DNA of 64,000 nucleotides from Mobula hypostoma. Its lineage: Eukaryota. The position numbers and the translations under genes were made by a program. Below the pieces are notes generated by a model, which had not been told where the DNA came from, searched no databases, and worked only from the letters and a program-made list of their open reading frames with translations. The stretch is from NCBI RefSeq assembly GCF_963921235.1, contig NC_086101.1, forward strand, positions 75,330,001-75,394,000, given 5' to 3'. The first letter of the stretch is position 1, and each line of letters opens with the position of its first letter. Below, piece by piece: positions 13,609-26,040 of this stretch.

Positions 13609-14014
13609 GATAACCCAGAAATTGTGATATTGTTGTTAGAAAGTAATGAAAACTACCAATCCTAATATTTAGAATTTACAGTACAGAAGCAAGCCAATGG
13701 CCCCTGGACGTCTCCTTCCATCAGAGTATCCTCTTCACCTAATTCATGTGACTATATTCTCACTTGGGAAGCACAGTGGTGTTACCTATACCAGAGAATG
13801 TATGTTTACCCTGGGTACTAAGGTTACCTCCCGAGCTCCATTAGTGTGCATGTGCTGATGGATCAATTGTCAGTGGTAGTGTGGTGACAGAATTGATAGG
13901 AGTATAGGGAGATATTAATGGGGAATGCTTTTCTCCTTTGTTAGATGTCCGGCTTCCCCTTAAATATGTCAGTGCGGTTCTTTTAAAATTCTGTTATTTA
14001 ATACCCATCAACCC

Positions 14015-14395
14015 GAGAGCATGAGGGGAGATTTGATAGAGGGATGCAAAATTATGAGGGGTACAGATAGTGTAAATGTGAGCAGGCTGTTTCCACGGAG
14101 GTTGGGTGAGACTACGACTAGAGGTCATGGGTTAAGGGTGAAAGGTGAAATGTTTAAGGGAACCTGAGAGGGAACTTCGTCCCTCAGTGGGTTTCTGGAG
14201 TGTGGCAGGAGCTGCCAGCAGGAGTGCTGAGTGGGGGTTCAATTTCAATATTTAAGAGAAATTTGGATAGGTACATGTGTAAGAGGGGTATGGTCTGGGT
14301 GTAGGTTGACGGGACTAGGCAGATTAATAGTTTAGCATGGACTGGATGGGTAGAAGAGCCTGTTCTGTGCTGTAATGTTCAATGACCTCTTGACA
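14015..14395 (+). mobile_element. CR1 LINE 3' fragment
   Basis: Degenerate RGDLIE..KIMRG..TRGH coding remnant and ctgtgctgta 3' motif. Confidence 0.75.
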
Positions 14396-14694
14396 ATTCT
14401 TAATGAGGTTATCACTGTTAATCACTGAAATGTTGGAGAGTTTATGTTCTTAACATCTTTCTGTGAAAAGTAGTTTGTCTTGATTTCCTTACTGAATTGG
14501 GGCTTGCGATCTTAGTTTCAAACTAACCTCTGATGGTCCTTCATGTTAAAGGCCTTGTAACTGTGACATGTCATATATAAACAGAATATTCATCTCTTCT
14601 GGTCCTTACTAACATTTATCATGCACACCCGCTTCCTCTTATCCTTCCTCGTCTAAAACTACCGGTGTAAGTTGTGAGACTTAACGTAAACTTG

Positions 14695-15320
14695 GGGATA
14701 GCTTGTTGAGTACCTCTGCTCCATCCACCAAAAGTGGAATTTCCCGGCAGCCAACCATATTAATTTCTATCTTCGTTTCCATTTCAGTAGCTTGGTCTAT
14801 GACCTCCTCTTTTGCCATGATGTGGGCACTCTCAGAGTGGAGGAGCAATACCTCATTTTCCATCTAGATAGCCTCAAACCTGATGGTGTGAACATCCATC
14901 TCTCCATCCAGTAATTTTTTCCCTCCCCCTTCCCTGTTGTTCTATTCCCTGCTCTGGCCTCTTACCTTTTTTCATCACCTGCCTATCACCTCCCACTGGT
15001 GCCCCACCTCCTTCCCTTTCTCCCGTGATCCACTCTCCTCACCTATCAGATTCCTTATTCTCCAGCCCTTTGCCTTTTCCACCTATCACCTGCCAGATTC
15101 TTACTTCATTCCCCCCCCCCGCCCCCACCCAGCCACCTGGCTTCGCCTATCACCTTCTAGCTTGTCCTCCTTCCCCTCTCTTTACCATCATATTTTGGCA
15201 TCTTCCCTCTTTCTTTCCAGTCCTGATGAAGGGTCTAGGCCTGAAACATCGACTCTTTATTTATCTCCATAGATGCTGCCTGACCTACGAAGTTCCTCCA
15301 GCATTTTGTGTGTTGATCTA
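14695..15320 (+). mobile_element. Penelope-like fragment with hammerhead-bearing pseudo-LTR
   Basis: LRVEEQYLIFHL..L.PDGVN remnant; homologous to 3230-3790. Confidence 0.78.
15219..15254 (+). ncRNA. Minimal type I hammerhead ribozyme motif
   Basis: AGUC-CUGAUGA-A-GGGUCuaGGCCU-GAAA-C-AUC-GACU; stems I and II pair by eye. Confidence 0.65.
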
Positions 15321-15529
15321 TCAGTGTAGCCTTCTTTACTCCTTCATAGCTCATTTAGCCTCCACTAAAAAACATAGGTATTATTTGCCTCAGCAACTCC
15401 CTGTGACAGTGAATTCTACATTTTCCCTACTTTTTCAATAAAAATGTCTTTTTGAATTGACTATTGAGTTTCTTATCAACTTATCTTTTAGATTAGGCTC
15501 TCCCTAATTAGGCTATGGGTTTCCAAATG

Positions 15530-17305
15530 CTCATATATCCTATCCCTAAAAATTTTCTCCTGTAATTTCCCTACAACTGACGTGGGACTCACCAGCGTAT
15601 AGTTCCCAGGATTTTCCGTCGTTCCCTTCTTAAATAGAGGTACAACTTAGCCACTCACCAGTCTTCCTGGACCTCACCTGTGGCTAGAGAGGACACAAAA
15701 ATACTGGTCAAGGTCCCAGAAATCTCATCTCTTGCTTCCTTCAATAACTTGGAGTAAATCCCATCATCAGACACTGGGGACTAATCCAGTTTAATACTCA
15801 TTAAGAGGCTCAAAACTTCTTCCTCCTTTACCTCTAAATGCCTTAACTTATTTATACACTCAGCAATGACCTCCTGGTCTCCATGTCCTTTTCCTTGGTA
15901 AATACTGGAGCAAAATACTCATTAAGTACCTCACTCACATGCGCTGCATCCAGGTAAATGTTTCCCGCTTTTTCCCTTGAGTGATCCCACTCTCTCCCTA
16001 GTTATCCTCTTGCTTTTGATGTATGTGTAAAATGCCTTGGGATTCCCCATTAATCATACTTGCTAAGGACTTTTTATGGCCCCTCCTGGCTTTCCTAATT
16101 CCCTTCTTTTGTTCTTTTTTGGCTCCTTTTCCTTCTTGGCTAAGTTCATCTCCTCTCTAGTCATCCAAGGTTCTCTTATCCCCCTCCTTGCTTTTAACAG
16201 CAGCATACCTTTCTGGTACTCTGTGCAAATAATCTTTAAGCACCCTCTACATGCCTGATGTAGACTTGCTAGAGAAAAAGTGCTTCCAATTAACACTCTT
16301 AGTTCCTGCCTAATGCCTTTATAATTTGCCCTACTCCAATTTAAAACTCTCCCACAAAGACCATGACTATCCTTACCAATAGCTATTCTGAAAGTTAAGG
16401 AGTTGTGGTCACTGTTCCCTAACTGCTCACCCACTGAAAGGTCAGTCACCTGGACAGGCCTAGTACAGCCCTTCCTCTCATTGGGATCGTTCACATATTA
16501 GTTTAAGATACCTTCCTGGATACACTTAACAAATTCTGCCCCATCTCAACCCCTTGCACTAAGAATGTCCCCATTTATTTTAGGGAAGTTGAAATCCCCC
16601 ATGACAACAACCCTATTATTTTTATACATTTCTTTAATCTGTTCACGTATCTATTCCTCAATGTCCTGATAGCTACTAGGGGATCTGTAGTACAATCCCA
16701 TCAGTGTGACTGACACCTTCCTATTCCTGAGTTCTACCCAAATGGACCCAGTGTCTAACCCCTCCATTATGACTTCCTGAGTGCAGCTGCAATATTATCC
16801 CTGATTTATTAGTGTAAATCCATTCCCCCCCATCTCTTCTTCTGTCTTTTGTAAAACCTCAAAAACCTGGTACATTAATGCCCCTCTTTCAACCAAATCT
16901 CTGTAATAGCTACAACATCGTACTTCCGTGTATTGATCCACGCCCTAACTTCATCATCCTTACCCATAATACTCCTAGCATTTAAATATGCACACTTCAA
17001 ACTATCCGACCCGTCATACCTGTTATTTCGATTTTGCCTTTCAATACTTTCCCTTACATCTACAGTGCTTTCTTGTCCGATTCTTCCTTTAATGACCTGC
17101 GGCTCAGGTTCCCAGCTCCCTGGAAAACTAGTTTATGAATGTCGTATATATGTGTTTTTCACACTGTTTACCACAAGTAATTTTAATACATGGATCCGTC
17201 ACCCTATCATCCTTTCCCTGTCCCAGTGAGGCAAACCTATCCAGTACCCCAGCTAAGTGCTCGCTAAACATCCTCCACATTTCTGTTGCGCATTTCCCTG
17301 CGAAA
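15530..17305 (-). mobile_element. CR1 LINE ORF2 (APE to RT linker) fragments
   Basis: VTDLSVGEQLGNSDHNSLTF (ORF 16063-16494) and MGDFNFP remnant. Confidence 0.85.
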
Positions 17306-17306
17306 A

Positions 17307-17585
17307 TGGGTGTAGCAGTTAGCACAATGCTAGTACAGCTCAGGCTGCCAGAGTTCAGAGTTCAATTCCAATGAGAAGTTTGTACATCCTCCCCATGGAA
17401 TGCATGAGTTTCCTCTGGATACTCCGATTTCCTCTCACAATCCAAAGACATACTGATTAGTAGGTTAATTGGTTTTTGTAAGTTGTCCTGTGATTAGGCT
17501 AAGGTTAAATTGGGGATTACTGGGAGGTGCAGCTTGTAGGGCCAGAAGGGCCTATTCTGTACTGTATCCCAATAAATAAATAGAT
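17307..17585 (+). mobile_element. V-SINE (HE1-like)
   Basis: gagttcaattcc B box, V core, ctgtatcccaataaataaa tail. Confidence 0.78.
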
Positions 17586-17817
17586 AGATATATAAAAAAG
17601 GTCCTCCCAATTTACAGTACCAAATACTTTTAATGCATGATAGTAATTCATTCCCAGTGTCAAATGATGAAACCAATAAAGACATTTTTAAATTTCTTCA
17701 TTGTCATCGTTCAGTAAAACCAGGATTCCAAGGAGGATCTTGACTAAAGTATTCCTTCCTTAGCACATTAACCATCGCATCTTTGGTGCAGTAATTGTAT
17801 TCTGTTTCCTTCATTAG

Positions 17818-17925
17818 AAATTATACAAGGATGGATGGGAGAAGCTGAAGGCCATTGGTTACAAAATGCCAGCTGATGCTCTGTCAATCCGTCATGCCAA
17901 GTCATCGCAAGGCATCCAGAGTGAG
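17818..17925 (+). CDS. NEB: Nebulin exon 6, 36 aa KLYKDGWEKLKAIGY...IQSE
   Basis: cattag| and |gtgggt; nebulin module. Confidence 0.94.
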
Positions 17926-18687
17926 GTGGGTCTTGGTCTGAACTGTGCAAACAAGTTTACTGCACAGATCATTCAGGGAAAAGTCTCTGTTAAGAAAGCG
18001 GTAACAATGACATAATCAACCTAGATCAGTATTGTATGCAAGTTTCAGACCTTTTTCACAATCTTGTTCTAATAATTGAATGAGATGTCCACTGGAGTAT
18101 ATTTTCTGTTTTAATACAATATTGCTAATATTATTTTGTGACTGTATGTGCTTTTGTAACTAGATGTGTTGTTTGTGACTGTGCTTTATACCTTGGCCCC
18201 AGAGGAACACTGAGTCCTGAAGAAGGGTCTCAGCCCAAAACGTCGAAATGTGTTTACTCTTTTCCTGCCTAAACTGCTGAGTTCCTCCAGTATTTTGTGT
18301 GTGTTGCTTTGGCTTTTCAGCATCTGCAGATTTCTCGTGTTACTGTTTTGTTTAGTGTTTGGTTGAAAGCCAATTAAGCCTGAACTTCAATTTAACATGT
18401 TTGATTCTGTGATGATCTGTTCATGAATAGTTCCAAAGATGAGCAGGTGGGTGGGTCAGTTAGCCTTGGTACATTTCCCTCGGTGTCTGAGTGATTGGTA
18501 GAGTCTGTGGCTAAGAGGTGGTTGATTAAAATAAATGTGGTTACTGTGGATATTACCAGCAGATTGTCAATACCTGCTTCAGCAGATTTTTATGATTATT
18601 CATTATATCATAAAAGTAGTCTGATTTTCCCCTATTTCTATATTTCTTTCCCCAGCTAACTGGATATATATCATTATTTTTTTCCAG

Positions 18688-18999
18688 CTCAAATATAAAG
18701 CTGAATACGTCAAAGGACTTGGGCATCTTATTGGAAGCCACAGTGTCAGTGATGACCCCAAAATGGTTTGGTGCCTGCATGTCGGCAGGATGCAGAGTGA
18801 CCTGGAGTACAAGAAGGAATACGAGAAAGTCAAATCCAAGTACACCATACCTGTTGACATGTTGGACATCCTGATGGCCAAAGAATGCCAGACACGAGTC
18901 AGTGACATTGACTACAGGCATTACCTACATGAGTGGACCTGTCTCCCAGACCAGAACGATGTGATCCAGGCACGGAAGGCCTACGATTTGCAGAGTGAT
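18688..18999 (+). CDS. NEB: Nebulin exon 7, 312 nt/104 aa LKYKAEYVKGLGHL...YDLQSD
   Basis: ttccag| and |gtgagt; paralogous to the 7260-7571 exon. Confidence 0.97.
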
Positions 19000-19919
19000 G
19001 TGAGTATTAGTTTTACACCACACACCTCCCCCTCTCTGACATGCTGGAAATATTTTACTGGACAGCAGTATTTCACTCTGGTACTTTGTCCATGTACTGT
19101 GAGTATCTTCATGGCATCCGTTAGTTCTTGCTTTTCAGTTGCTATTTGGCACGTCAAAGGTTGATGCAAACTACCATTCTCTGCCATCCTTCTTTCATTA
19201 TCATTTGTTTCCTCATTGCTTTAATAGTCAAGCTGGGAATTAGCTGAGGAGCGAAATCAAGACCAATCTATCAAATTATCATCTTGCACTTGATTGCTTA
19301 CCTGCTGTGCAATGTTTCAGTAGTTTTTATATTTTATTCTGCATTGCTCTAACTTATTCTAGATCAGTGCACTGTGTAATAATCTGATCTGTATACACAG
19401 CATGCAATGCAAACTTTTCACTCTATCTCAGTACGTGCAACAATAACATCATAACCATAACATTTTGGGAGCTCGCATGGCCCATGGGATCTGTCAAGCA
19501 ATCTTGTTGTCTCATTTCGTCCCTCTTCCCCTGTAATTCAGAAAAGTATTTTCACCCAAGTACTTATCCACTTCTTTCTGGAAAGCCCCAATTTACAAAC
19601 TGTTGTCACAGTGTTGTAACTAGCAGGGTATCCAAATATTTGCAGGCAGGTCGTTACAAGTACTGGTCGCTGTAATCACCCTACTGTGTAGGTGTGGTAT
19701 TTGTTGATGAGAATGGATTTGAGAGGTATAATACAGCAGCCATGATCAAAAGGCAGAACAGACTTGATGGGCTGAATAGCCTAGTTCTGTTCCTATGGGG
19801 AAAGCAAAATGGGGTTAGTATGGATTTATATAAATTGGTGTTTGATGATTGGGATCTTAGCAAGCCAAGTACTTGTTTCCTTGCAATGATTCTGTTTCTA
19901 TCAACCTCAGATCATAGTT

Positions 19920-20123
19920 GTTTGTTATTGTTAAGTGTTGTTAACTCCTGGCGACCCTATGGAGAGTAAGTTGAGTTTTCGAGGCAAGATATGGAAGTTG
20001 ATTGCCAGGCCTTTCTTCTGCACAGATACTGCTGCTGTCCAGATTGGGACCTGGCCGGATTTGAACTCAGGACCGTCCACCTCAAAGTCCTGTGCTGATG
20101 CCACTAAACCACCAGCTGGCCCC
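19920..20123 (-). mobile_element. Short tRNA-SINE with RTE-type tail
   Basis: Minus strand: tggtttagtgg A box, gagttcaaatcc B box, ccatagggtcgccaggagt tail. Confidence 0.65.
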
Positions 20124-20299
20124 TATAATAATCGTAATTATTCCCCGCATTTAAAAATAGCTTTTCTTCATATTCTATCTGTACCTTCAATCAAGATTTC
20201 AGATTTATTATAGATCCATATCTGAAATTAAATTTGAAGCCCAATGTGTCCTACATTGCTTTTCACGGAATTTATAAAATAAAAAATAGAAATAAAAGC

Positions 20300-21027
20300 A
20301 TAGATAATTTTCTAAATAGGGAGAAAATTCAAAAATTTGAGGTGCAAAGGGACTTGGGAGTCTTCACATAGGATTCCCTAAATTTTAATTTGCAGGTAGA
20401 GTCGGTGATAAGGAAGGCAAATGTGATGTTAGCAGTCATTTCGAGAGGATAAGTATATAAAAGAAAGGATGTAATGCTGAGGCTGTAAAAGGTACTGGTG
20501 AGGCCTCTCTTGGAGAACTGTCAGCAGTTTTGTGCCCCTTATCTAAGAAGGGATGTGCTGACATTGGAGAGGGCTCAAAGGAGGTTCATGAAAATGATTC
20601 CGGGGTTGAAAGCCTTATCATATGAGGAGCGTTTGATGGCTCTGGGCCTGTACTCACTGGAATTCAGAAGAATGAGGAAGGAAGATCTCACTGAAAGCTA
20701 TTGAATGTTGAAAGGCTTCGGTATAGTTAATGTAGACAGGATGTTTCCTATGGTGGGAGACCAATACCAGAAGACACAGCCTCAAAGTACAGGGACATGC
20801 ATTTAGAGTGGAGATGAGGTGGAACTGCTTTAGCCAGAGTGGTGAATCTGTAGAACTCTGAAAAGGCGAAAGGTTGATAGATTTTTGATTTCTCAGGGCA
20901 TGAAAGGATATGTGGAAAAGGCAGTAGATTGGAGCTGAGAGTGAAATAGATCAGCCTTGATGAAATGATGGAACAGACTCGATGGGCCAAATGGCCTGAT
21001 TCTGCTCTTATGTCTCATGGCCTTATG
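20300..21027 (+). mobile_element. CR1 LINE 3' fragment ending ~27 nt before the exon 8 acceptor
   Basis: RPLLENCQQFCAPYLRRDVLTLERAQRRF; 3' end ttctgctcttatgtctcatggccttatg. Confidence 0.85.
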
Positions 21028-21054
21028 AACTCACTACTGTACTTCATTTTGCAG

Positions 21055-21159
21055 TTCTTGTACAAGTCAGATCTTGAATGGGTACGTGGTTGTGGCTGGA
21101 TTCCACTGGATTCAATCGACCATCAAAAGGTGAAAAAGGCACAGGAAATATTAAGTGAT
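21055..21159 (+). CDS. NEB: Nebulin exon 8, FLYKSDLEWVRGCGWIPLDS...ILSD
   Basis: ttgcag| and |gtaagt; super-repeat W-motif. Confidence 0.96.
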
Positions 21160-21262
21160 GTAAGTACCCCAGGCAGTATGTTTTGTTGAAGACATTTCTC
21201 ATGTGATTCAATTGGAATAATGTACCTGGAGTTACCTGCCTTTTCCTGCTTTTTTTTTCCAG

Positions 21263-21367
21263 AGAGCATATAAAGGAAATGCCATCGCCAACTTTGCTAA
21301 TTTTACCTCCATCACTGACCTTCCAGAGGTGATTCAGGCTAAGATTAACACCCACAATTTGAGTGAT
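21263..21367 (+). CDS. NEB: Nebulin exon 9, RAYKGNAIANF...HNLSD
   Basis: ttccag| and |gtaagt; 105 nt open frame. Confidence 0.94.
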
Positions 21368-21627
21368 GTAAGTATCTCGGAAAATTTTATGAATACACTT
21401 TGCATTTGAAAGCAGTACTTCATGAGGGCAGCTCAATGTCACAGGAAAAGGGATATCCCTGTATTCTGAGGCAAACTTGGTGCACCTGTTTGTATTTCTC
21501 TGTCCTCCGATTGTACAATGAAAAAGGAATTTCATCTTCATTATGAATCATTTTAAAACTATGAAATGTGACTGTACTTTGTGGGGTAAACCATGTAAAT
21601 ATGCTGCTTTTCATCCAAGGCATTTAA

Positions 21628-23185
21628 TCGCACACAAAGTGCTGGAGGACCTCAGCACATCAGGCAGCCTGTGTCCGAATTCCTCAACTCTATTTTGTCC
21701 CCTTTAGTTCAGTCCCTTTCTACCTACACCCGTGACATTTCACATGCTCTCCATTACTTAAATAACTTCTGGTTCCCTGGCCCTGATCTCCTTATTTTCT
21801 CTATGGACATCCAGTCCCTATACACTTCCATCCCATATCAGGAAGGCCTTAAGGTTCTTTGCTTCCTTCTGGACAAATGATCTTACCAGTTCCCCTTCAC
21901 CCCACCCTACTCCACCTGTTCGAAATGGTTCTTATCCTCAATAATTTTTTCTTTTGACTCCTCTCATTTTCTCCAAACCAAAGGTGTAGCATAGGCCCCA
22001 GCTATGTATGCCATTTTGCTGGGTATGTGGAGCAGTCCATTTTCCAAGCCTACACAGGTAATGCTTCACAACTACTTCTCTGCATTGATGAATGCATTGG
22101 TGCTGCTTCCTGCTTGTCAATTTCATCAGCTTTGGCTCCAACTTCCAACCCATCCTCAGACTTACTTTGTACATTTCTGACATTTCTCTCCTCTTTCTTG
22201 ATCTCTCTGACCTGATTTGCAAACCCACTAACTCTCATTGAAACCTATTCCCACCCTGTCACTTGCAAAAATGCTATTTCCTTCTCTCAGAACCTCCATC
22301 TCCACTGCAACTGTTCTCAGGTTGAAGCTTTTCCCCCATCATCTATGCTGTCCTCAGCTACATCCTCTCCATTTCCCACATATCTGCCCTCACTCCATGC
22401 CCCTGCCACTGTAACAGGGATAGGGGTTCCCCTCATCCTTACCTACCGCCCTTTGAACCTCTGTATCCTGCACATCATTTTCCGCAACTTCCCCCATCTC
22501 ATACAAGATCCTGCCACTAGGCATTTCTTTCCCTTCCCTCCCCCTTCACTTTTACAGCAGATCACTCATTATGTAACTCCCTTGTCCACTCATCCCTCCC
22601 CACTGATCTCACTCTTGGCATTTATCCTTACAAGCAAGACAAGTCCTACACCTCTTCCCTCACCATCATTCAGGTCCCAGACAATCTTTCCAGGTGAAGA
22701 AAACTTCATCTGCGAGCCTGTTGGTATCATCTATTGTATCAGGTGCTCCCAGTGCGGCATCCTCACTGCAGGAGGCAGACTCTCCCAGTGGCCACCAATT
22801 TCAATTCAAGTTCCTATTCCAATACCAATATATCAGCCCATAGCCTCCTCCACTGCCGCGAGGAGGCCAAACGCAGATTGGAAGAGCAATAGCTCATGTT
22901 CCATCTGCAAAGGCTCTGACCTGATGGCATGGATATTGACTTCTCTAATTTCTGGCCATTACCCCCCTCTGTCCCCCCCCCCCATTGCCTTCGTGACCTG
23001 ACCATCATTTCCCTCGGCCTATCCAGCTCCTTCGCTTTCTCCCATGGTCCCCTGTCCTCTCCTATCAGATTCCTTCTTCTTCAGCCCTTTACCTCATCCA
23101 CCTATCACCCCCCAGCTCGTCACATCATCCCACCCCCCATCTCCCACGCACACACCTTCCCCCTTACCTGGTCTCACCTATCACC
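21628..23185 (+). mobile_element. Decayed Penelope-like retroelement (RT + GIY-YIG) with inverted 5' pLTR piece
   Basis: FSMDIQSLYTSIP, QTKGVA, GYVEQSIF, CIDE (RYIDD-like), IIYCIRCSQCG; 21630-21668 is the reverse complement of the pLTR tail. Confidence 0.85.
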
Positions 23186-24899
23186 TTGTGTTCCTTATGT
23201 GAAATGTGTGAATTCTGGAAGACCTCCAACTTCCCTGATAACAGCATCTGCATGAAGCGCAATGATCTGCAGCTCCTTAGCAACCATGTTAAGGAAGTGG
23301 AGCTGCAGCTGGATGACCTTTGGCTCACACAGGAAAATGGGGATGTGATAAACAGGAGCTACAGCGAGATAGTCCCCTAAAATGCAGGAGGCAGGTACTT
23401 GGTTGACTGTCAGAAGAGGGAAAGGGAATATGCAGCCAGTGCGGAGTACCCCTTTGGCTGTTCCCCCCAATAATAAGGATACCATTTATATACTGCTGTG
23501 GGGGTGGGGTTGGGGTTGTTGGTGACTATTGGAGGAAGCTGCAGTCACCTGATCTCTGGCACTGAATCTGGTGGTGTGGCGGAGAGGGAAGCAGGGAGGA
23601 GAGGAGTGCAGTAGTGATGTGAGATTGCATAATTAGAGGAGCAGATAGCAGATTCAGTGGACGTGAAAGAGACCCAGTATGGTATGTTGCTTCCCAGGTG
23701 CCAGGGTTCGGGACGTCTCGGATCACATCCACAGCATTCTAAGAGGGGAGGGTGAACAGCTAGAAGTCATGGTACGTATTGGTACCAATGACATAGGTAG
23801 GAAAAGGCAGGGGATCCTGAAGAGGGAATCTCAGGAGTTAGGGAAAAAGCTGAAAAGCAAGGCCTCCACTGGATTGCTGTCTGTGCCACAGTGAGGGTAG
23901 GAATAGGATGATTTAGCAGATGAATGCATAGCTAAAGAAATAGTGCTATGGGGCAGCGTTTCAGATTTCTGGATCATTGGGATCTCTTCTGAGGAAGGTA
24001 TGACCTGTACAAAAAGGACAGATTACACCTGAACCCGATGGGACCAATATCCTTGCAGGCAGGTTTGCTAAAGGTGTTGGGAAGGGTTTAGACTAATTTA
24101 GCATGGGGCTGGGAACCAGAGTGATGGGGCTGAGGATGGGGCAGTTGGTTTATAACTAGATGCAGTGTGTAGTGAGAATGTGAGGAAGGACAGGCAGATG
24201 ATAGGGCAAAATTACAGTCAGTGGGATGAGTTATTGCAAAACAGGGGGCCAAAATTGCAAAGTTGAATACAGGATTGAAGATGGTATATTTGAATGCACG
24301 CAGTATACAGAATAAGATAGATGATCTTGTAGCGCTGTTAGAAATTGGCAGGTGTGATGTTGTGGGCATCGCTGAGTAGTGTCTGAAAGAAAATCACAGT
24401 TGGGAATTCAAATCCAAGGATGTACCGTGTATCAAAAGGACTGGCTAGTAGGCAGAGGGGGGAGGTGGCTCTATTGATAAAAAATGAAATCAAATCCTTA
24501 GAAAGAAGTGACATAAGATGTAGAAAGAACTCTTGTGGGTAGAGTTAAGAAACTGCAAAGGTAAAAATACCCTGATGGGAGTTATATACAGGCCTCCAAA
24601 CAGTAGCCAGGACGTGGGCTACAAATTAAAATGAGAGAAAGGAAAGACATGTAAAAAGAACAATGTTGCAATAGTCATGGGTGATTTCAATATGCTGGTA
24701 GACTGGGAAAATCAGGTTGGTGCTGGATCCAAAGAGAGGAAGTTTGTAGAATGCCCTCACGATGGCTTTTTAGAGCACCTTGTGGTTGAGCCCACTAGAG
24801 GAATGACAGTTCTAGATTGGGTGTTATGTAACGACCTAGATTTGATTAGAAAGCTTAAGGTAAAGGAACCCTTAGGAGACAGTAATCATAATATGATAA

Positions 24900-25154
24900 A
24901 GCACAGCGCTTTACAACTCAGGTGACCTGGGTTCAATTCCTGTCACTGTCTGTAAGGAGTCTGTACATTCTCCCCATGACTGATGGGTTTCCTCCGGGTG
25001 CTCTGGTTTCCCCCGACAGTCCAAAGACATGACAGCTGGTAGGTTAATTGGTCATTATAAATTGTCCTGGAATTAGGCTAGAGTTAAATCATGGGTTGCT
25101 GGGCGGCGTGACTCGAAGGGCAGGAAGGGCCTCCTCCACGCTGTATCTTAATAA
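24900..25154 (+). mobile_element. V-SINE nested in CR1
   Basis: 12-bp TSD ataatatgataa (24888-24899/25155-25166); gggttcaattcc B box. Confidence 0.88.
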
Positions 25155-26040
25155 ATAATATGATAAGAGTTCACACTGCAGTTTGAGAAGGAGAAGCTAA
25201 AATCAGATGTAACCATATTACAGTGGAGTAAAAGGAATTAGTGGCATGAGAGAGGAGCTGGCCAAAGTTGATTGGAAGGGGATATGCACAGTAGAACAGC
25301 AATGGCTGGAATTTCTGGGAACAATTTGGAAGGCAGAGAAAAGAGGTATCCCAAAGACAAAATATTCTAAAGGGAAGATGATGCAACTGTGGCTGACAAG
25401 GGAAGTCAAAACAGCATAAAAGCAATAGAGAAGGTAGATAATATAGCAAAAGTTAGAGAATTGAGAAATTTAAAAACTAACAGAAGACCAACTAAAAGGT
25501 CATAAAGAGCGAAAAGATGAACTATAGAGGTAAGCTAACCAATAATATAAAAGAGGATACAAACATTTTTTCAGAGATATAAAGAGTAAAAGAAAAGCAA
25601 GAGTGGGTATCAGACTACTGGGAAATAATGCTGGAGAGGTAGTAATAGGAGAGAAGGAAATGGCAGATGTACTTAATATATTTTGCATCAGTCTTCACTG
25701 AAGGAGCCTAGTAGAGTGGCAAAAAATCAAGAGTGTCAGGGGTAAGAAGTGAGTATAGTTGCTATTACTGAGGAGAAGGTGCTTGGGAAGCTGAAAGGTC
25801 TGAAGGTAGATAAGTCACCTGAACTAGATGGACTACACCTCAGGGTTCTGAAAGGGGTAGCTGAAGAGATTGTGGAGGCATTAGTAATGATCCTTCAAGA
25901 ATCATTAAGATCTGGAATGGTTCCAGAGGTCATGAAAATTGCAAATGTCTCTCCAAGCATTAAGAAAGGAGAGTGGCAGAAGAAAGGAAATTATAGGACA
26001 GTTAGTTTGACTTCAGTGGTTCTAAAGATGTAGGAGTCCA

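Noticed and set aside
14937-15441. Pro/Ser/Leu-rich ORFs (also 3412-3633, 22929-23255, 53280-53640) as a novel peptide family
   Set aside because: They are translations of the pyrimidine-rich Penelope pLTR, which lacks stop codons by composition.
18409-18491. Possible box C/D snoRNA (GTGATGA...CTGA)
   Set aside because: No convincing terminal stem or C'/D' boxes, no recognised guide, and such words are frequent by chance.
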